A stretch of DNA of 64,000 nt from Mustelus asterias (lineage: Eukaryota), in contig NC_135803.1 in assembly GCF_964213995.1 (NCBI RefSeq), positions 19,282,001 through 19,346,000 on the forward strand. Reading direction: 5' to 3'. The notes under the pieces were generated by a model. The model searched no databases and was not told the DNA's origin. It saw only the letters and a list, made by a program, of their open reading frames with translations. A program made the position numbers and the translations under genes. Positions 11,052 through 23,986 of this stretch are shown piece by piece (positions within the stretch are counted from its first letter, which is position 1; every line of letters begins with the position of its first letter).

Positions 11052-11490
11052 GTAAGTTTCTTTCATTGTCATCCTGTACGAAAAGCTGTTTAAAGTGTGG
11101 CTTTAAGTTATCAGTTATTGAATATAGTGACAGATACAACTAAAACATAAGGCTGGACTTCACAGGGTGCCACGGCCCCTGTCCATCCTGGTTAAAACGT
11201 CGGGAGGGTGTGGAGGAGCCCATCCACAATCCCCGAGGCTGCCCCGCCGGAGTTTAATGCTGGGAGCCAGGTTCATTGCTCTGAGGCAAAACTTCCACCC
11301 TATCTCAGGAGGAAGTCTTGCCTTAAGAGAGCTGATGGTTAATTGGATGGCTAACAGGTCTATGGTGGCCAGCTTAGAATGGTGGCCAGCGCTGGGACTA
11401 CAGGCATTCTGCCGAGGAGCTGGGGTTTGGGGTCTCACTGAGAATGGCAGTGGGGAGTTGGGGGCGGGTTGGTGGCTCAAGAGGCCGGAA

Positions 11491-11865
11491 GAGAATCCCT
11501 ACAGTGCAGAAGAGACCATTCAACTCATCAAGTCTGAACCGACTCTCTGACAGAATATCTTACTCAGCTTCCCGAAACCTCCCCCCCCCCCCCCCCCCGC
11601 CCACCACCTCCATATCCCTGGAATCCCTCACATTTCTCATGGCTAATCCATCTAATCTACACATCGTGGGACACTAAGAGGCAATTTAGCATAGCCAATC
11701 CAGCTAACCTGCACATCTTTAGATTGTGCGAGGAAACCCAGAGGAGACCCATGCAGAGACAAGGAGAACGTGCAAACTCCACACAGACAGTCACCCAAGG
11801 CCGGAATTGAACACGGGTCCCTGGAGCTGTGAGGCAGCCATGCTAACCACTGTGCCACCGTGCCA
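11491..11865 (-). mobile_element. HE1-like V-SINE (tail A)
   Basis: Head and central domain on the reverse strand. Confidence 0.85.
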
Positions 11866-12835
11866 CTTTTGTGGTCCTCCCCTTGCCCGCCACCTGCTAA
11901 AGCTGCTAGACTTCCCGCATTACATGCCCCACACACCCCTCCTCTGCAGCAGCAAGGTGAGACCCTTAAGTGACCAGTAATTTATCAATGGTTCAAAGGT
12001 GGATAGGTCCTCCGCAACCCACCACTCTTCACCCCCCCCACCCCCACCCCCCCCCCCCCCCCCCGCCTCCCCACCTCCATGACATTTCTAGAGAGGTTGG
12101 GTACGGGTGGGTAAGTGGCAGGATGGCCACCTGCCAGATTTTACTTGTCCTGCTACGTCTTCACACCTATCGGCCAGAGGAACATAACATCCGGCGTAAA
12201 TTTGGGGGAAGAGACTTCAGGAAATTGCTCGGAAGCATCACCTAGTGGTCAGACCTCTAAACTACACTGACATTTGACACTGCAAAAATGAGAGGAGATG
12301 TTAACATAACAATTCAGAACAGAAAATGTGGGAACGAACATGTGAATTGCCCAGATGTTCAAATGGATGCAGAAATATTATTTGAAAGATTAATATAAAT
12401 GAAATGTGCTTTTGAAGTGAAATTGTTTGTTGTGTGTTCTATTGCCCAGTCTGCTCACCTCCTACGCTGCCTATCATTGGCCATCCCTGGTGGCTGGTAC
12501 TTGGCCCTGGTGGCTGTTTTCCAATTGTGACAGCAATAGGCAGCATGATGTTTTGCCACAAAGAGCATCACCTTCCTGTTCTCATCCCTCACCCCCATAC
12601 AGTTTTCAGCGGAGTTTACTGAATAACCCTCCATTGCGGTAACCTTGAACCTTCTTTTCTCTCGACATCCCTTTTGAAATATTGGGGTTATACTAGCTAC
12701 CCTCCAACCTGTAGGAACTCTTCCAGAGTCTTAGAAGATGACTACCACTGCATCCATTATATCTATGTCCTCAGTACTAGAGATGTAAAGTCAACCATGA
12801 CATGGCTGGTAGATCGAACCAAGGCAGGATTTTCT

Positions 12836-13714
12836 CAGTTAATGGTAGGGTGTTGGGGACAGTTACAGAACAAAGAGATCTAGGGGTACAGGTTCATAGC
12901 TCCTTGAAAGTTGAGTCACAAGTGGACAGGGTGGTGAAGAAGACATTTGGCATTAAAGCAAATTACTGCGGATGCTGGAATCTGAAACCAAAAGAGAAAA
13001 CGCTGGAAAATCTCAGCAGGTCTGGCAGCATCTGCAAGGAGAAAAAAGAGCTGACGTTTCAAGTCCAGATGACCCCTTGTCAAAGCTTTGTCAAAGACAT
13101 TCGGCATGCTTGGTTCCATTGGTCAGAACATTGAATACAGGAGTTGGGATGTCCTCTTGAAGTTGTACAAGACATTGGTAAGGCTACACTTGGAATACTC
13201 TGTACAGTACTGGTCACGCTATTATAGAAAGGATATTATTAAGCTAGAAAGGGCGCAGAAAGATTTACTAGGATTCTGCCAGGACTTGATTGTTTGAGTT
13301 ATAAGAAGAGGCTGGTTAGACTGGGACCTTTTTCCTGGAGTGTAGGAGGCTTAGGGGTGATCTTATAGGGGTCTATAAAATAATGAAGGACATAGATAAG
13401 GCATCTTTTCCCAAAGGTAGGGGAGTCTAAAACTAGAGGGCATAGGTTTAAGGTGAGAGGGGAAAGATACAAAAGGGTCCAGAGGGTCAATTTTTTTCAG
13501 TGTCTGGAACGAGCAGCCAGGGGTAGGAGTAGAGGCGGGTACAATTTTGTCTTTTAAAAAGCATTTAGACAGTTACGTGGGTAAGATGGGTATAGAGGGA
13601 TATGGGCCAAACGCAGGCAATTGGGACTAGCTTAATGGTTTAAAAAAAGGGCGGCATGGACAAGTTGGGCCGAAGGGCCTGTTTCCATGCTGTAAACCTC
13701 TATGACTCTATGAC
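12836..13714 (+). mobile_element. CR1 LINE 3' fragment split by a PLE insert at ~12954-13094
   Basis: QRDLGVQVH...LYKTLVRLHLEY... and a (CTATGACT)n tail. The insert is flanked by an AAGACATTYGGCAT duplication. Confidence 0.88.
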
Positions 13715-14832
13715 ATATTGAATGGCGGAGCGGGCTCGAGGGGTTGAATTGCCTACTCTCACTCCTAATTCCTATGTTCCTACAACTTTCAAGTCAGATG
13801 GTACATTTAAGATAATACTTGCTTTTTGTCCAAACATCACATGATTTAAAAACTGTTTTCCCTTTTATATTGCAATAGCAATCTCATTACCACGTAGTGC
13901 AAATTAAAATTTCTACCCTAAGAGCAAAATACTGCAAATGCTGGAAGACTGAAATAAAGCCAGAAAATGCTGAAATACTCACCAAGTCATGTCGTATCCG
14001 TGAGGAGGGAAACAGAGTTAACATTTCAGGTCAATGATCTTCTGTCAGAGCTGGAAAAGGTTCGGGATTTAGCAGGTTTTAAATACAGAGGTGGGGGAGA
14101 ACCAAAAGGAAGACCTATGATAGACTGGAAACTGGGAAGGATTAAATGACAGAAGGGCTGATGGGGAATGTCAAAAGGCGATGGTAACTGGACAAGTCAA
14201 GAAACAAGTGAGTTTAGGGAGAGGGATACATGGCAAAAGCAGTATCATCATCAACAGTTGCCGCCTGAAACAGGAATAACTCAGAAAAATAGGAGCGGAG
14301 ATTATGATCTGAAATTGTCCAGGTGTGTAAAATGTCCAATTGTGAGATGAGCTGTTCCTCAAGCTTCCACTCTGACAAATAGCACCACATCTTTTGATTA
14401 GACATTGTAAAACCTTCCAGATGCAAAATTGAGTTGCACAATTTCAGATCATAACCTGTGCCCTCATTATTTTCCCCTCATTATTGGGTTTCTTTAAAAA
14501 TGCTTTTGGAGGCAGATATTGATGATTCTGCTTTTCCATTCACAGCTAACTGGCATCCATCTCTTGTTTCTTGATTGATTATGCCATTACCGTCTCCTTT
14601 TGCCTTGCCCCATCATTCCTTTTGCTATGCAAATTCTTCTACCTTCCAGCCTATCACAGATTTTCCCTTCTGTTATATCCCCCTCCTCCCCTTCCCTGCT
14701 TCTGTACTTGTTTAAAACTTGGCTCATCTCTAATTTCCTCGTCAGACCGAGATGATAATTCTGTTTCTCTCTCCACAGATGCTACCTGATCTGCTGATAA
14801 ATAATTTTAACCTTGTATTTAAACAAAAGTTA

Positions 14833-14995
14833 GAATCATAGAATCTCTACAGTGCAGAAAGAGGCCATTCAACCCATCAAGCCTGCACCGACGACAATCC
14901 CACCCAGGTCCTATCCCCACGTATTTACCTTGCTAATCCCCCTTACATGAAGGGCTAATCTACCATGGCCAATCCACCTAGCCCCACTCTTTGGA
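14833..14995 (-). mobile_element. HE1-like V-SINE, 3' part only
   Basis: Tail A and part of the central domain. Confidence 0.75.
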
Positions 14996-15038
14996 GTTGT
15001 ATCGCTTAATATTGACATATAAACAAGTAAAACGTAAT

Positions 15039-15292
15039 GGCTGGAATTTTACCATCCCGCCAGCCACAGGAATCGGATTGGGTGAGGGGAGGACCACGGG
15101 ATGGTCTGTTGACCTTGGTCAGAATTTTACGGTTTCGAACAAGCGAGGCTGTAAAATCCCATCCAATGGCTGGAACTCCACCACCTCGCCCGCCAATGAA
15201 TCGGAGCGGGCGAGGGTCCGGCAACAGAAATCACCGTTGACCTCGGGCGGGAATTTCCGGTCTCGCCCGAGCGAGTCCATAAAATCACGCCC
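15039..15292. mobile_element. Two tandem Harbinger-like MITEs (15039-15164 and 15168-15292)
   Basis: AAT-[GGCTGGAATTTT...AAAATCCCATCC]-AAT-[GGCTGGAACT...AAAATCACGCCC]-AAT. Imperfect TIRs with a 3-bp TSD. Confidence 0.7.
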
Positions 15293-15412
15293 AATGTGTC
15301 TGAGCTTCTGACACAACAATAGGCTTGTATAGTATAAATGCTACAAGTTGTTTCGGAACAGGACCTATGACCTTAGGGGTGCCCCATTCTTAATGCAAAA
15401 CAGTTGACATGA

Positions 15413-15892
15413 AATCATAGAAACTCTACAGTGCAGAAAGAAGCCATTTGGCCCATCAAGTCTGCACCGACCACAATCCCACCCAGGCCCTACCCCCATA
15501 TCCACCCACTAATCCCTCTAACCTACGCATCTCAGGTCTCGAAGGGGCAATTTTTAGCATGGCCAATCAACCTAACCCGCACATTTTTGGACTGTGGAAG
15601 GAAACCGGAGCACCCGGAGGAAACCCACGCAGACACGAGGAGAATGTGCAAACTCCACACAGACAGTGACCCAAGCCGGGAATCGAACCCAGGTCCCTGG
15701 AGCTGTGAAGCAGCAGTGCTAACCACTGTGCTACCGTGCCGCCCTCTGGACCCTTTTGTATCTTTCCCCTTTTGTATCTTTCCCCTCTCATCTTAAACCT
15801 ATGCCCTCTAGTTTTAGACTCCCCTACCTTTGGGAAAAGATGTTGACTATCTGCCTTGCCTATGTCCCTCATTATTTTATAGACCCCTATAA
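15413..15892 (-). mobile_element. HE1-like V-SINE (15413-15744) adjoining a CR1 fragment (15745-15892)
   Basis: Near-consensus SINE followed by LFPKVGESKTRGHRFK coding sequence on the minus strand. Confidence 0.85.
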
Positions 15893-16080
15893 TGTGCCAC
15901 TGGAGTATCTATTTTTCTGATCAGGATGTATGGAATTCTGTTGAATGGAACATTTTGACCGAATGGCTTTCTGTGTTTAGGACTATCTCTGAACACCATA
16001 CGTATTGTTTTGTTGCATGTCATGTTTGACTTGAAGACATTTATTTAGAAATGGTGGTGATTTTCGCATTCTTTGTGTAG

Positions 16081-16222
16081 AGGTGTATGGAATGTTCCCT
16101 ACCTAGCGCACGTGTACCTTATCAAAGGAGCCTCCTTGAGAACGGAACTAAAAGAGAAAAACTATTTTAAGCAGAACGCAATGGATTCTGATATGTCACT
16201 TTGCAGAAATCTCAGGGAAAAG
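16081..16222 (+). CDS. PLOD2: PLOD2 coding exon 13 (142 nt)
   Basis: tgtag|A GGT GTA TGG...GAA AAG|gtaag. Translates [47 protein letters not shown]. Confidence 0.96.
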
Positions 16223-17846
16223 GTAAGGGATCAGCTACATTTCATTTTGACAAGAATCTTCTCTTTAATGTTTTTAATTCTGGGAAGATTTTTGTACAAG
16301 AATCGATCTCAAATAAAGGGTTTAGGCAAGCATGGCAATACGCTGAAGAATTAGTGAATGAAATATTCCATACAATGTCAATTATAAGACCATGCTGAAG
16401 TAAGTTCATTAAATTAGTAATTTAACTGCACTCGCAATGTGCTGCAACAATTTTGATGGATTACCAGTTGTCGCAATGCAAGTAATGCACAGAACCCTTG
16501 AGGGGAATCAGCCCTTAGATTAATTGCTTTGAATGAGTCTCTTAATGCATGTATCAGTGAGGTGGGGTCACTGTTTCAATGTACCGTCTCACAAATGCAC
16601 GTGACATAAATGTAGTATGGAAAAATATTCTTTCAATTCTTAGTCAAATATTATGAAGCAATATTGGGGAAAACCTATTGGATAATTTATTGTTAAATAT
16701 TGTAAGTTATTTTTGTTGCAATAATATTTCTACATTTCTCAAAAGGGTAAAAAAGATATTATTTCTCATAAAAACTTGCCAACTTTTCTGTTTATTTGAG
16801 TTCGCCAATGGGGACTTCTCACAGCTGTGGATGCGGAATGACTTCAAATTAAATAATTTTTAAGGCAACACAAATTTAAGAGACTTGTAGATTGTTGGTC
16901 TGTAAGTTTATGTTGGCGAGCAGGTTCATTAGTTCAAGCCATTTCCTGTTCCGATCCATCTGGGCCCTGATATGAAGAAGGGGAGGATGGTGTAATATCA
17001 AATTCCAAAGAAGAAAAGCAAAAGGGACTGCCTCACATGTTCAGAGTCCTGAGATTCCTGTAAGAAACTTATCAAAGTTCTGCGTAGGCTTTGTTCTTTT
17101 TTTTTGTTGCTGTTTCTTACACTTATCTACTGTTAACAAAGCAATACTGTGAGCTTTTCATTTTTCACTGTGTTTATATGACAATTGCTTAAATTGGAAA
17201 TGAGATGAACAGATTTCACCATTTTCGTTGATGAGCAAATAGGTGGGAGGAAAGCCTACTGACCTCAAATCAAGAGAGTTGGCAAGTACTGTATTACCAT
17301 TGATGTGGCACTGACTGTATGTGCACATGCTGTTCCTCATCAGGCACGATATTCCTGTTTCTGTTTAAGATGTATCTGTTGTCTCTTTGACAATTTATCT
17401 TTATCTTTTTTCGGTTTTGACCCCATGATTGGAAGCGATTTGTTTTGTTCTGTGCATCTGCGAGGACCGTATTCCTGTGCCAATTGGATTACGTGGCCGG
17501 TGTTGGACTGCACTGCCTTGACTAACCCTTCTCTGCCTGTATTGACCCTAACCCTATTCCTGCATTACTAACTGGCCCCGCTTATGTTGCAACAATCAAC
17601 TGAAAGGGCTGGGCCGTGTATTTTCTTTTTTGTTGAATGAGCAGGTTGTTGTCTGCCACTTGTTTTCCGTAGCTTTTGTCATGCAACTGCCTGTTGATGT
17701 GAGCCAGGCACGCTTTGTCAGCAAACTCAAGTTGGTCTTGTAAATCTCTGGCGTTTTCTCTTGTCTCTCTCCTCCAAATATGTATTCCAGACATTTTATT
17801 TTAAACAAAATAATGAATCTTACCCAGTGCTTCTCCTTTATTTTAG

Positions 17847-17909
17847 AAAATAGAAAAGGAAAAAGGCTCCCCTACTCCGGAAAGTTGCCATATGTTCAAG
17901 CCCCCAAAG
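17847..17909 (+). CDS. PLOD2: PLOD2 alternative exon 13A/14 (63 nt, LH2b-specific)
   Basis: ttttag|AAA ATA...CCA AAG|gtttac. Translates KIEKEKGSPTPESCHMFKPPK versus human [21 protein letters not shown]. Symmetric phase 0 with a weak donor. Confidence 0.9.
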
Positions 17910-18479
17910 GTTTACATTTGTTTCCTACATTTAAAAAAAGAAACTCTTGTAATGTTGCTTTATCCAACGAGATCTTTCCAGCTGTATGAAGTCTTTGTTT
18001 AAATCCTGTACTTGTGTGAATGCTGTACTTGTGCGAACGTATCTTTTCTGTTGTCCATTGTCAGTTGTGCAATGTGAGAATTGCCCCATTATTACTTGGA
18101 TAATTGGTTGGACAAGCGCAGAAGGCAAAAAAAAAAGTCATTTGAATTTGATGACTGTCTTACAAATTTTCCCCAAAAATTACAGTTTAATCGGAGTCAT
18201 ACTTCTTTTGAAGAGGGCAAATGTCTTTTTGATTTTACCGTGCTTTGCTCTGTTTTGTTAAGTGAATGATTAGAATAGCCATGTTATCTGTGTTTGTGCG
18301 TAGTGAATGGAATGGACATTGGAGAGCCTTGGAATCTGACCAAGTCGCAAGTGGGGATGACCTTGACACGCCGTGTAGCATGCTGGTACAATGCTCTACT
18401 CTGCGTGATTCAAAGTTGGAGTTGCATAGCAGGCGGTATTGAGACTGTGTCTAACCCACAAATGAGAAATAACTTTTTC

Positions 18480-19100
18480 AGAACTTCCTGCTGGGAATAT
18501 GGATGCTGTTGGCAAGGCAGCATTTATTGCCATCCATAGCTGCCTTTGAAAATGTGGTGGAGAGCCACCTTCTTGAGCTACATTGAACATGTGTTCCCAC
18601 CAATCGGTTAGGTTGGACTTCCAGAGTTTTGATCTAGCGGTAATGAAGGAATGACGATATATGTCCAAATCAGGATAGTGAGTGATTTGAAGGAGAATTT
18701 GGAGTTGGTGGTTAGATGAGGAATATCAAAAAGGAGCAGGAGTTGACCCATTGAACCAGTTCCATCATTCATTGCGATTAAGGCTGATCTTTGGGCTTCA
18801 CCCCGCTTTCTGCCCACTCCCCATGTCCCTCGATTCCCTGACAGACCAAAAATCTATTTATCTCAGCCTTAAATGCACTTAATGGTGGAGCCTCCCCAAC
18901 CGTCTCAGAACTTTCCATGTGGCTACTGCCTTTGTCCTTCTAGATGGTAACGATTGCAGGTTTGGGAGGTGCTATTTGGTGTGCATTTGCTGTGGATCCT
19001 ATAGATCGTACACACTGGAGTCAGAGGTGGAGATAGGAGATGGCCTTGCCAATACATCCAGCTGCTTTGTCCTGAAGGGTGTCAAGCCTCTTGAATATTC
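18480..19100 (-). mobile_element. Degraded L2/CR1-group LINE 3' end with a nested CR1 fragment (~18720-18910)
   Basis: Reverse complement of the GAAGG..GCTC.CCACCAC...GGCAATAAATGCTG tail seen at 62050-62125. Confidence 0.6.
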
Positions 19101-20969
19101 TTGCAGTGAGGATAAAGAGCAGAACATTCTGGAATGATGTCACTTAATCCCATCGGTGAAGAAGACCCGTGTGCATATGCTGTGTGGGATGCTGGGATAC
19201 AGTGGATCAGTAACAAATTCTTGGGCAGCGTGATTTATCTTTAAGTGCTGAAGACTCTGAAACACTCAAGGAGCTCCAGGATCCCAAGCTGTTCTGTCAT
19301 TAAAGAAGATCTTGTGAGTGTGCTATGACAAGCCCTGGGACGTTGTGCTCATCATGCAAGTGAGCAGGAGTTTAGAACTACACGGAGAACACTTGGGTAT
19401 TATGTCTTATTAAATAAACAGGGGAAAATCTGACTACTTTAAAACTCAACCGTAGGTGGACACAGAACCTAGAAGAATAAATAAAAATACTCCTTGTTAT
19501 TTTGTTTTCGAAAAGGTCTTCAGGCCTAGGGTCGGAAAACTTTAGATAAATAATTGGGCTTATTCCACAAGTTAGGAAGATCAAATTCCACCGTGAACTA
19601 TCTCACATCCTGGGTAGGATTTCCAGCCCTGACGCTGGTGGATATCGTCGCGGGTGGGACAGGAAAACTTGGAGAGCTGTTGGCTTTTAACGATTCTCCA
19701 AATTTGCCCATCATGCCCACAACAATGTCTGTCTAGAGTCTCAAAATCCCTCCCCCTAAGTCCATTGGATATATATTGGGAATTGCTGCACTTCCTGGAT
19801 TGTGGCATTGCCTGGCAGGTGGAATTCAGCCACTTTTACAATGTAAATGTATGCAGAATGCAAAACACGCCGGCCAACCTGGCTTCACAGAGATCAGGTG
19901 ACCATTTTTAAAGGGCACCCCGATCACAGAGTACATTCCCCACACCCCCGTCTCCCGCAGCAGACAAGGGGAGCACCCCAACACTTCCTGTAGAGGGGAA
20001 ACCACATCCCCACCAGTAAATGTTTAGGTCACATTCCTCCCCAACCCCCCTCCAACACCACCCAGGCATGTGAGTGACCTGACCTGAACGCTCCCCTTCC
20101 CCCCCCCCCCCCGACCAGTTGGAGGGCTGATCCCCACCCCAACAAGAGAGACACTCTGAAAAGGGGAAAGCAACAGCCCCCACCCTTCCCTTTAACCCAA
20201 CCCTCTCACTCAGACCCACCCTCCTTCAGATCCCTTGGCAGTGTGAAACTTGCAGTGCCCTCAGACACCCTAGCATGACAATCTGTGGTCACTGCCAGGG
20301 TGCCACTGCCACAAGGGGAAGTGGTACCAGCCTCTTCTATAGCTGAAAGCTACTTCCAGTGCAGGAATGCTATGGTTGGTTGAAGAAGTCTCATCATGGG
20401 AAAAAAAACACTCGGCCAAGATCTTCAGATCAAAGAACAAGCCTGTTTATAAATAATTCAGTTAAGAATAAGAATGTTTATGAACACAGCAGTTAAAAAA
20501 GAGAAAGTGAGAGCTTGTGTCTGCTATTTAATATAGCCTGGACCTATCAGTCAGGACAAGCATATTTATAAACACTGCGGTTCAAAAAGAGGAAGTATTT
20601 GAATAGAAGTCTTGTCAGCAGGAGCAAGGTTCATTTATCACAGTTTTCCCATTGTAGATGGTATTTTGTCTGCAGTATATAATAAGGAAACTAGTATAGC
20701 ATACTGTGATTTATTAAGCCTGAATTGGAAACAGGCACAATAGCAGAATCCTAGTACATCACTACTGTTGTTTCTTTCTAGTTATTCAGTGTTCAAATAA
20801 ATTCTCAAATTTAGAGGGTAGTTGGGGGCTTGCAGAAAGCTTTTCTCACATCAGGAAAGGAATTATGTTACATGGTTAGAAGACAACCTAGTTATGAAGT
20901 CCTTCATCCAGTTCTTAAAGAGTTGGTTGAAGAGTTGGAAGGGCAACATGAAAAAAGATTTGAACCTTT

Positions 20970-21165
20970 TTGATCTGATTTGATTTATTGTCACATGTAT
21001 TGGTATACAGTGAAAAGTATTGTTTCTTGCGCGCTATACAGACAAAGCATACCGTTCATAGAGAAGGAAAGGAGAGGGTGCAGAATATAGTGTTACAGTC
21101 ATAGCTAGGGTGTGGAGAAGAATCAATTTAATATAAGGTAGGTCCATTCAAAAGTCTGATGGCAA
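20970..21165 (-). mobile_element. Rex1/Babar-like LINE 3' end
   Basis: (ATCAA)n tail and 3'UTR shared with 37660-38047 and 42655-43047. Confidence 0.7.
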
Positions 21166-21560
21166 CTTCTGCTGCATTTCACATTTTGTATCACAACAGA
21201 GCAGAATGATAAAGATTTCTATTCAAAAGTGTTTACAGATCCTGGTAATTCTACCAAATTTTCCCCCCATCCTCCATGTTCCCTGCTGCTATTTAGAAGC
21301 TCTCTTAATCATTAGTTTTGATCCTCCATCCCATAACATAGAATCAAAAATTGGTTCAGTTATATACTACCTGTTCACCGCACAGCGTTAATAAATTTGT
21401 TCCATTATCAAATGACATAGTGCACACATTAAACCAGTAAGGGGACAAGGGCATATTCTCTTCCATTTGCAATATGTTGATGGTGTGGCACTGCACCTGA
21501 TACTCCCTATGGCAAGCATATTGCATTTGGGAGTAAAGTCAGTTGACACAATCATCAAAC

Positions 21561-21880
21561 ATGGTGGCACAGTGGTTAGCACTGCTGCCTCACAGCGCCA
21601 GGGACCCGGGTTCAATTCTGGTCTCGGGTCACTGTCTGTGTGGAGTTTGCACATTCTCCCTGTGTCTGCGTGGGTTTCCTCCGGGTGCTCCGGTATCCTC
21701 CCACTGTCCGAAGATGTGCAGGTTAGGTGGATTGGCCATGCTAAATTGACCCTAGTGTCAGAGGAATTAACAGAGTAAATTTGTGGGGTTACAGGAATGG
21801 GGCCTGGGTGGGATTGTGGTTGGTACAGACTTAATGGGCCAAATGGCCTCCTTCTGTACTGTAGGGATTCTGTTATTCTG
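21561..21880 (+). mobile_element. HE1-like V-SINE (tail A)
   Basis: Full-length copy on the forward strand. Confidence 0.88.
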
Positions 21881-22021
21881 TGAAGCTGTGCTTTAAATGG
21901 GTAGGATATTGAACTAATGTTAATGTACCATTAACGTGCTTCCCTTTCAATAGATTCATTTTTCTAATCAAGGATGCAAGAATTCTGCCGAACCTTGCAT
22001 CGTGCCAAACAAAAGTGCAAC

Positions 22022-22278
22022 AGAGAGATACAAAGGGCCCGGAGGGGCAATTTTTTCACTCGTAGGGTGGCAAGTGTCTGGAACGAACTGCCAGACGCAG
22101 TAGTAGAGGCGGGTACAATTTTGTCTTTTGTAAAGAATTTAGACAGTTACATGGGTAAGATGAGTATAGAGGGATATGGGCCAAATGCGGGCAATCGGTA
22201 CTAGCTTAGTGGTAAAAACTGGGTGGCATGGACAAATTGGACCGAAGGGCCTGTTTCCATGCTGTAAACCTCGATGAG
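22022..22278 (+). mobile_element. CR1 LINE 3' end
   Basis: NFFTRRVASVWNELP motif plus CR1 3'UTR. Confidence 0.85.
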
Positions 22279-23872
22279 ATGGGTTTTGGAAATGTCCTCA
22301 TCTTCTATGACGTTCTGGGTTCACTGCACTCGCCAGCCTGTGATTTCCCCCCATCCCAAAACCTTTGCTGTCTGTTTTAATGGACATAAAACCAACGACA
22401 GAAAAGCCAGGCCAATTAAGGTCAACTGATTGGTTATAAATCTGTCCGGTGTGACCTCTTGTGAAAAGATGACTTTGGTCTTACTAAACGGCATCCTGTG
22501 TAATTTCACCAATGGCATTATTTTTTTAAAATATGAAATTAAGGTTTGTATTATCCTCTCAATTCTTTCATTTCAAGAATGCAATAGGTTTGAGACCCCC
22601 TTATATTCATCCAGCCAGAGTCGTGCCACCTGAAGTATTCTTCTGCTCAGCGGGGTAGGACTCTGAGCAATAAACGCCAACTTTTGTTGCCTAATCAATG
22701 GATAGACCTCCATCAGTTCGAGGGATCCATTCCATGGATTCCATCCCAGTCGAAACAAGCACATCTGAAATCTAACCTTGCACTATCTCGCTACAAATAT
22801 GGATGCAGAGGTTGCAGTATTTTGTTACCTAGATAAGATAAAGCTCTGTTAAATGTATACAATGCAATTTCAGTGTATTGGGATATTCAAGGATGCTCAG
22901 TGCTTTTGGACTTAATCCATATGTCTTGCTTTTTGTAAAGATGCAAAATACTTTGATGAACTATCTGGGTTGAAATTGTTTTAAGCTAATGTATGGGTAT
23001 GTATGTTATGTTTGCGTTAGTTTATATTTTGATCTTCTGTCATTCTGTAGCAAAGAGATAATTCAAAAGATCAAAACCTGGCCTTTTTAAAAAAAAAATT
23101 ATGAATTTCACTATTCTTCGTCTATTTCCAGAAAGCTGATTGCGATCTCCAATTGTGGCTCCACTCTTGCGTGTTTTAATTATTTAAAACAGGTTGAATA
23201 GCGTTGTCTATTTCCAGGTAGATTGAAGCAGGAGTTTGATGCTTTAAGGCAACATCTCTGGGATCAGGTTCCCTTGAAAATAACATCGCTATTCGATGCT
23301 CAGAGTCTGTTGTACATGAAATTGTACCAAGTGCACAAAGGATTATTTCCTATGCATGAAATGATATTTGAAGAACAAGCACTAACTGGTTAGGCATTCT
23401 TAGCAAGCACCATCTTCTGTTTGAAAGTCAGATCAAGCCTCAAATTTAATGGAGTAAGGAAATTCTTTACAAAACACACTTTGCAGATGCATTTGACAGG
23501 CTGACCCTCACCTGCATTCATCCCTTCCGGAACTGGCTCGTACCACAGCCTTGGGGAGATGCTGGGGGGGGGGGTCAGGAGTGTGACTGCAATCTCTTGC
23601 AAGAATTCTGCTAATCAAATTTGCACAATTATTGAGCACTCTGGAGATTGAGAGAAGTCTTTCATTTTTCTCTGTAATTCTACAGTGTCTGTCTGCCGCG
23701 TAGCCTTTCACACAAGTTGTCACATTAACACCGACCTTTAATTGTCGGAACACAGACACTCATTCAAGAAATGTGTAGAATGTTTCAGCTTTTTTCGACT
23801 GTTTCAGTTTTCATTTTTCTTTTGTAATCATTGTCACTTTTAAGTAGTAATTTTTAAAATTTTGATATATAG

Positions 23873-23986
23873 GGCATTTTCATGTACATTAGCAACCAGC
23901 ATGAATTTGGACGACTTCTTCCAACAGAAAATTACAATGCCTCACACATGCACGCTGACCTATGGGAAATCTTTGACAACCCACTG
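23873..23986 (+). CDS. PLOD2: PLOD2 coding exon 15 (114 nt)
   Basis: atatag|GGC ATT...CCA CTG|gtgagt. Translates [38 protein letters not shown]. Confidence 0.96.

Noticed and set aside
16925-17059. Purine-rich stretch ending in CCT|GTAAGA as an additional cassette exon
   Set aside because: No good polypyrimidine acceptor and stops in all frames from the nearby AG tested. A poison exon cannot be excluded without RNA data.
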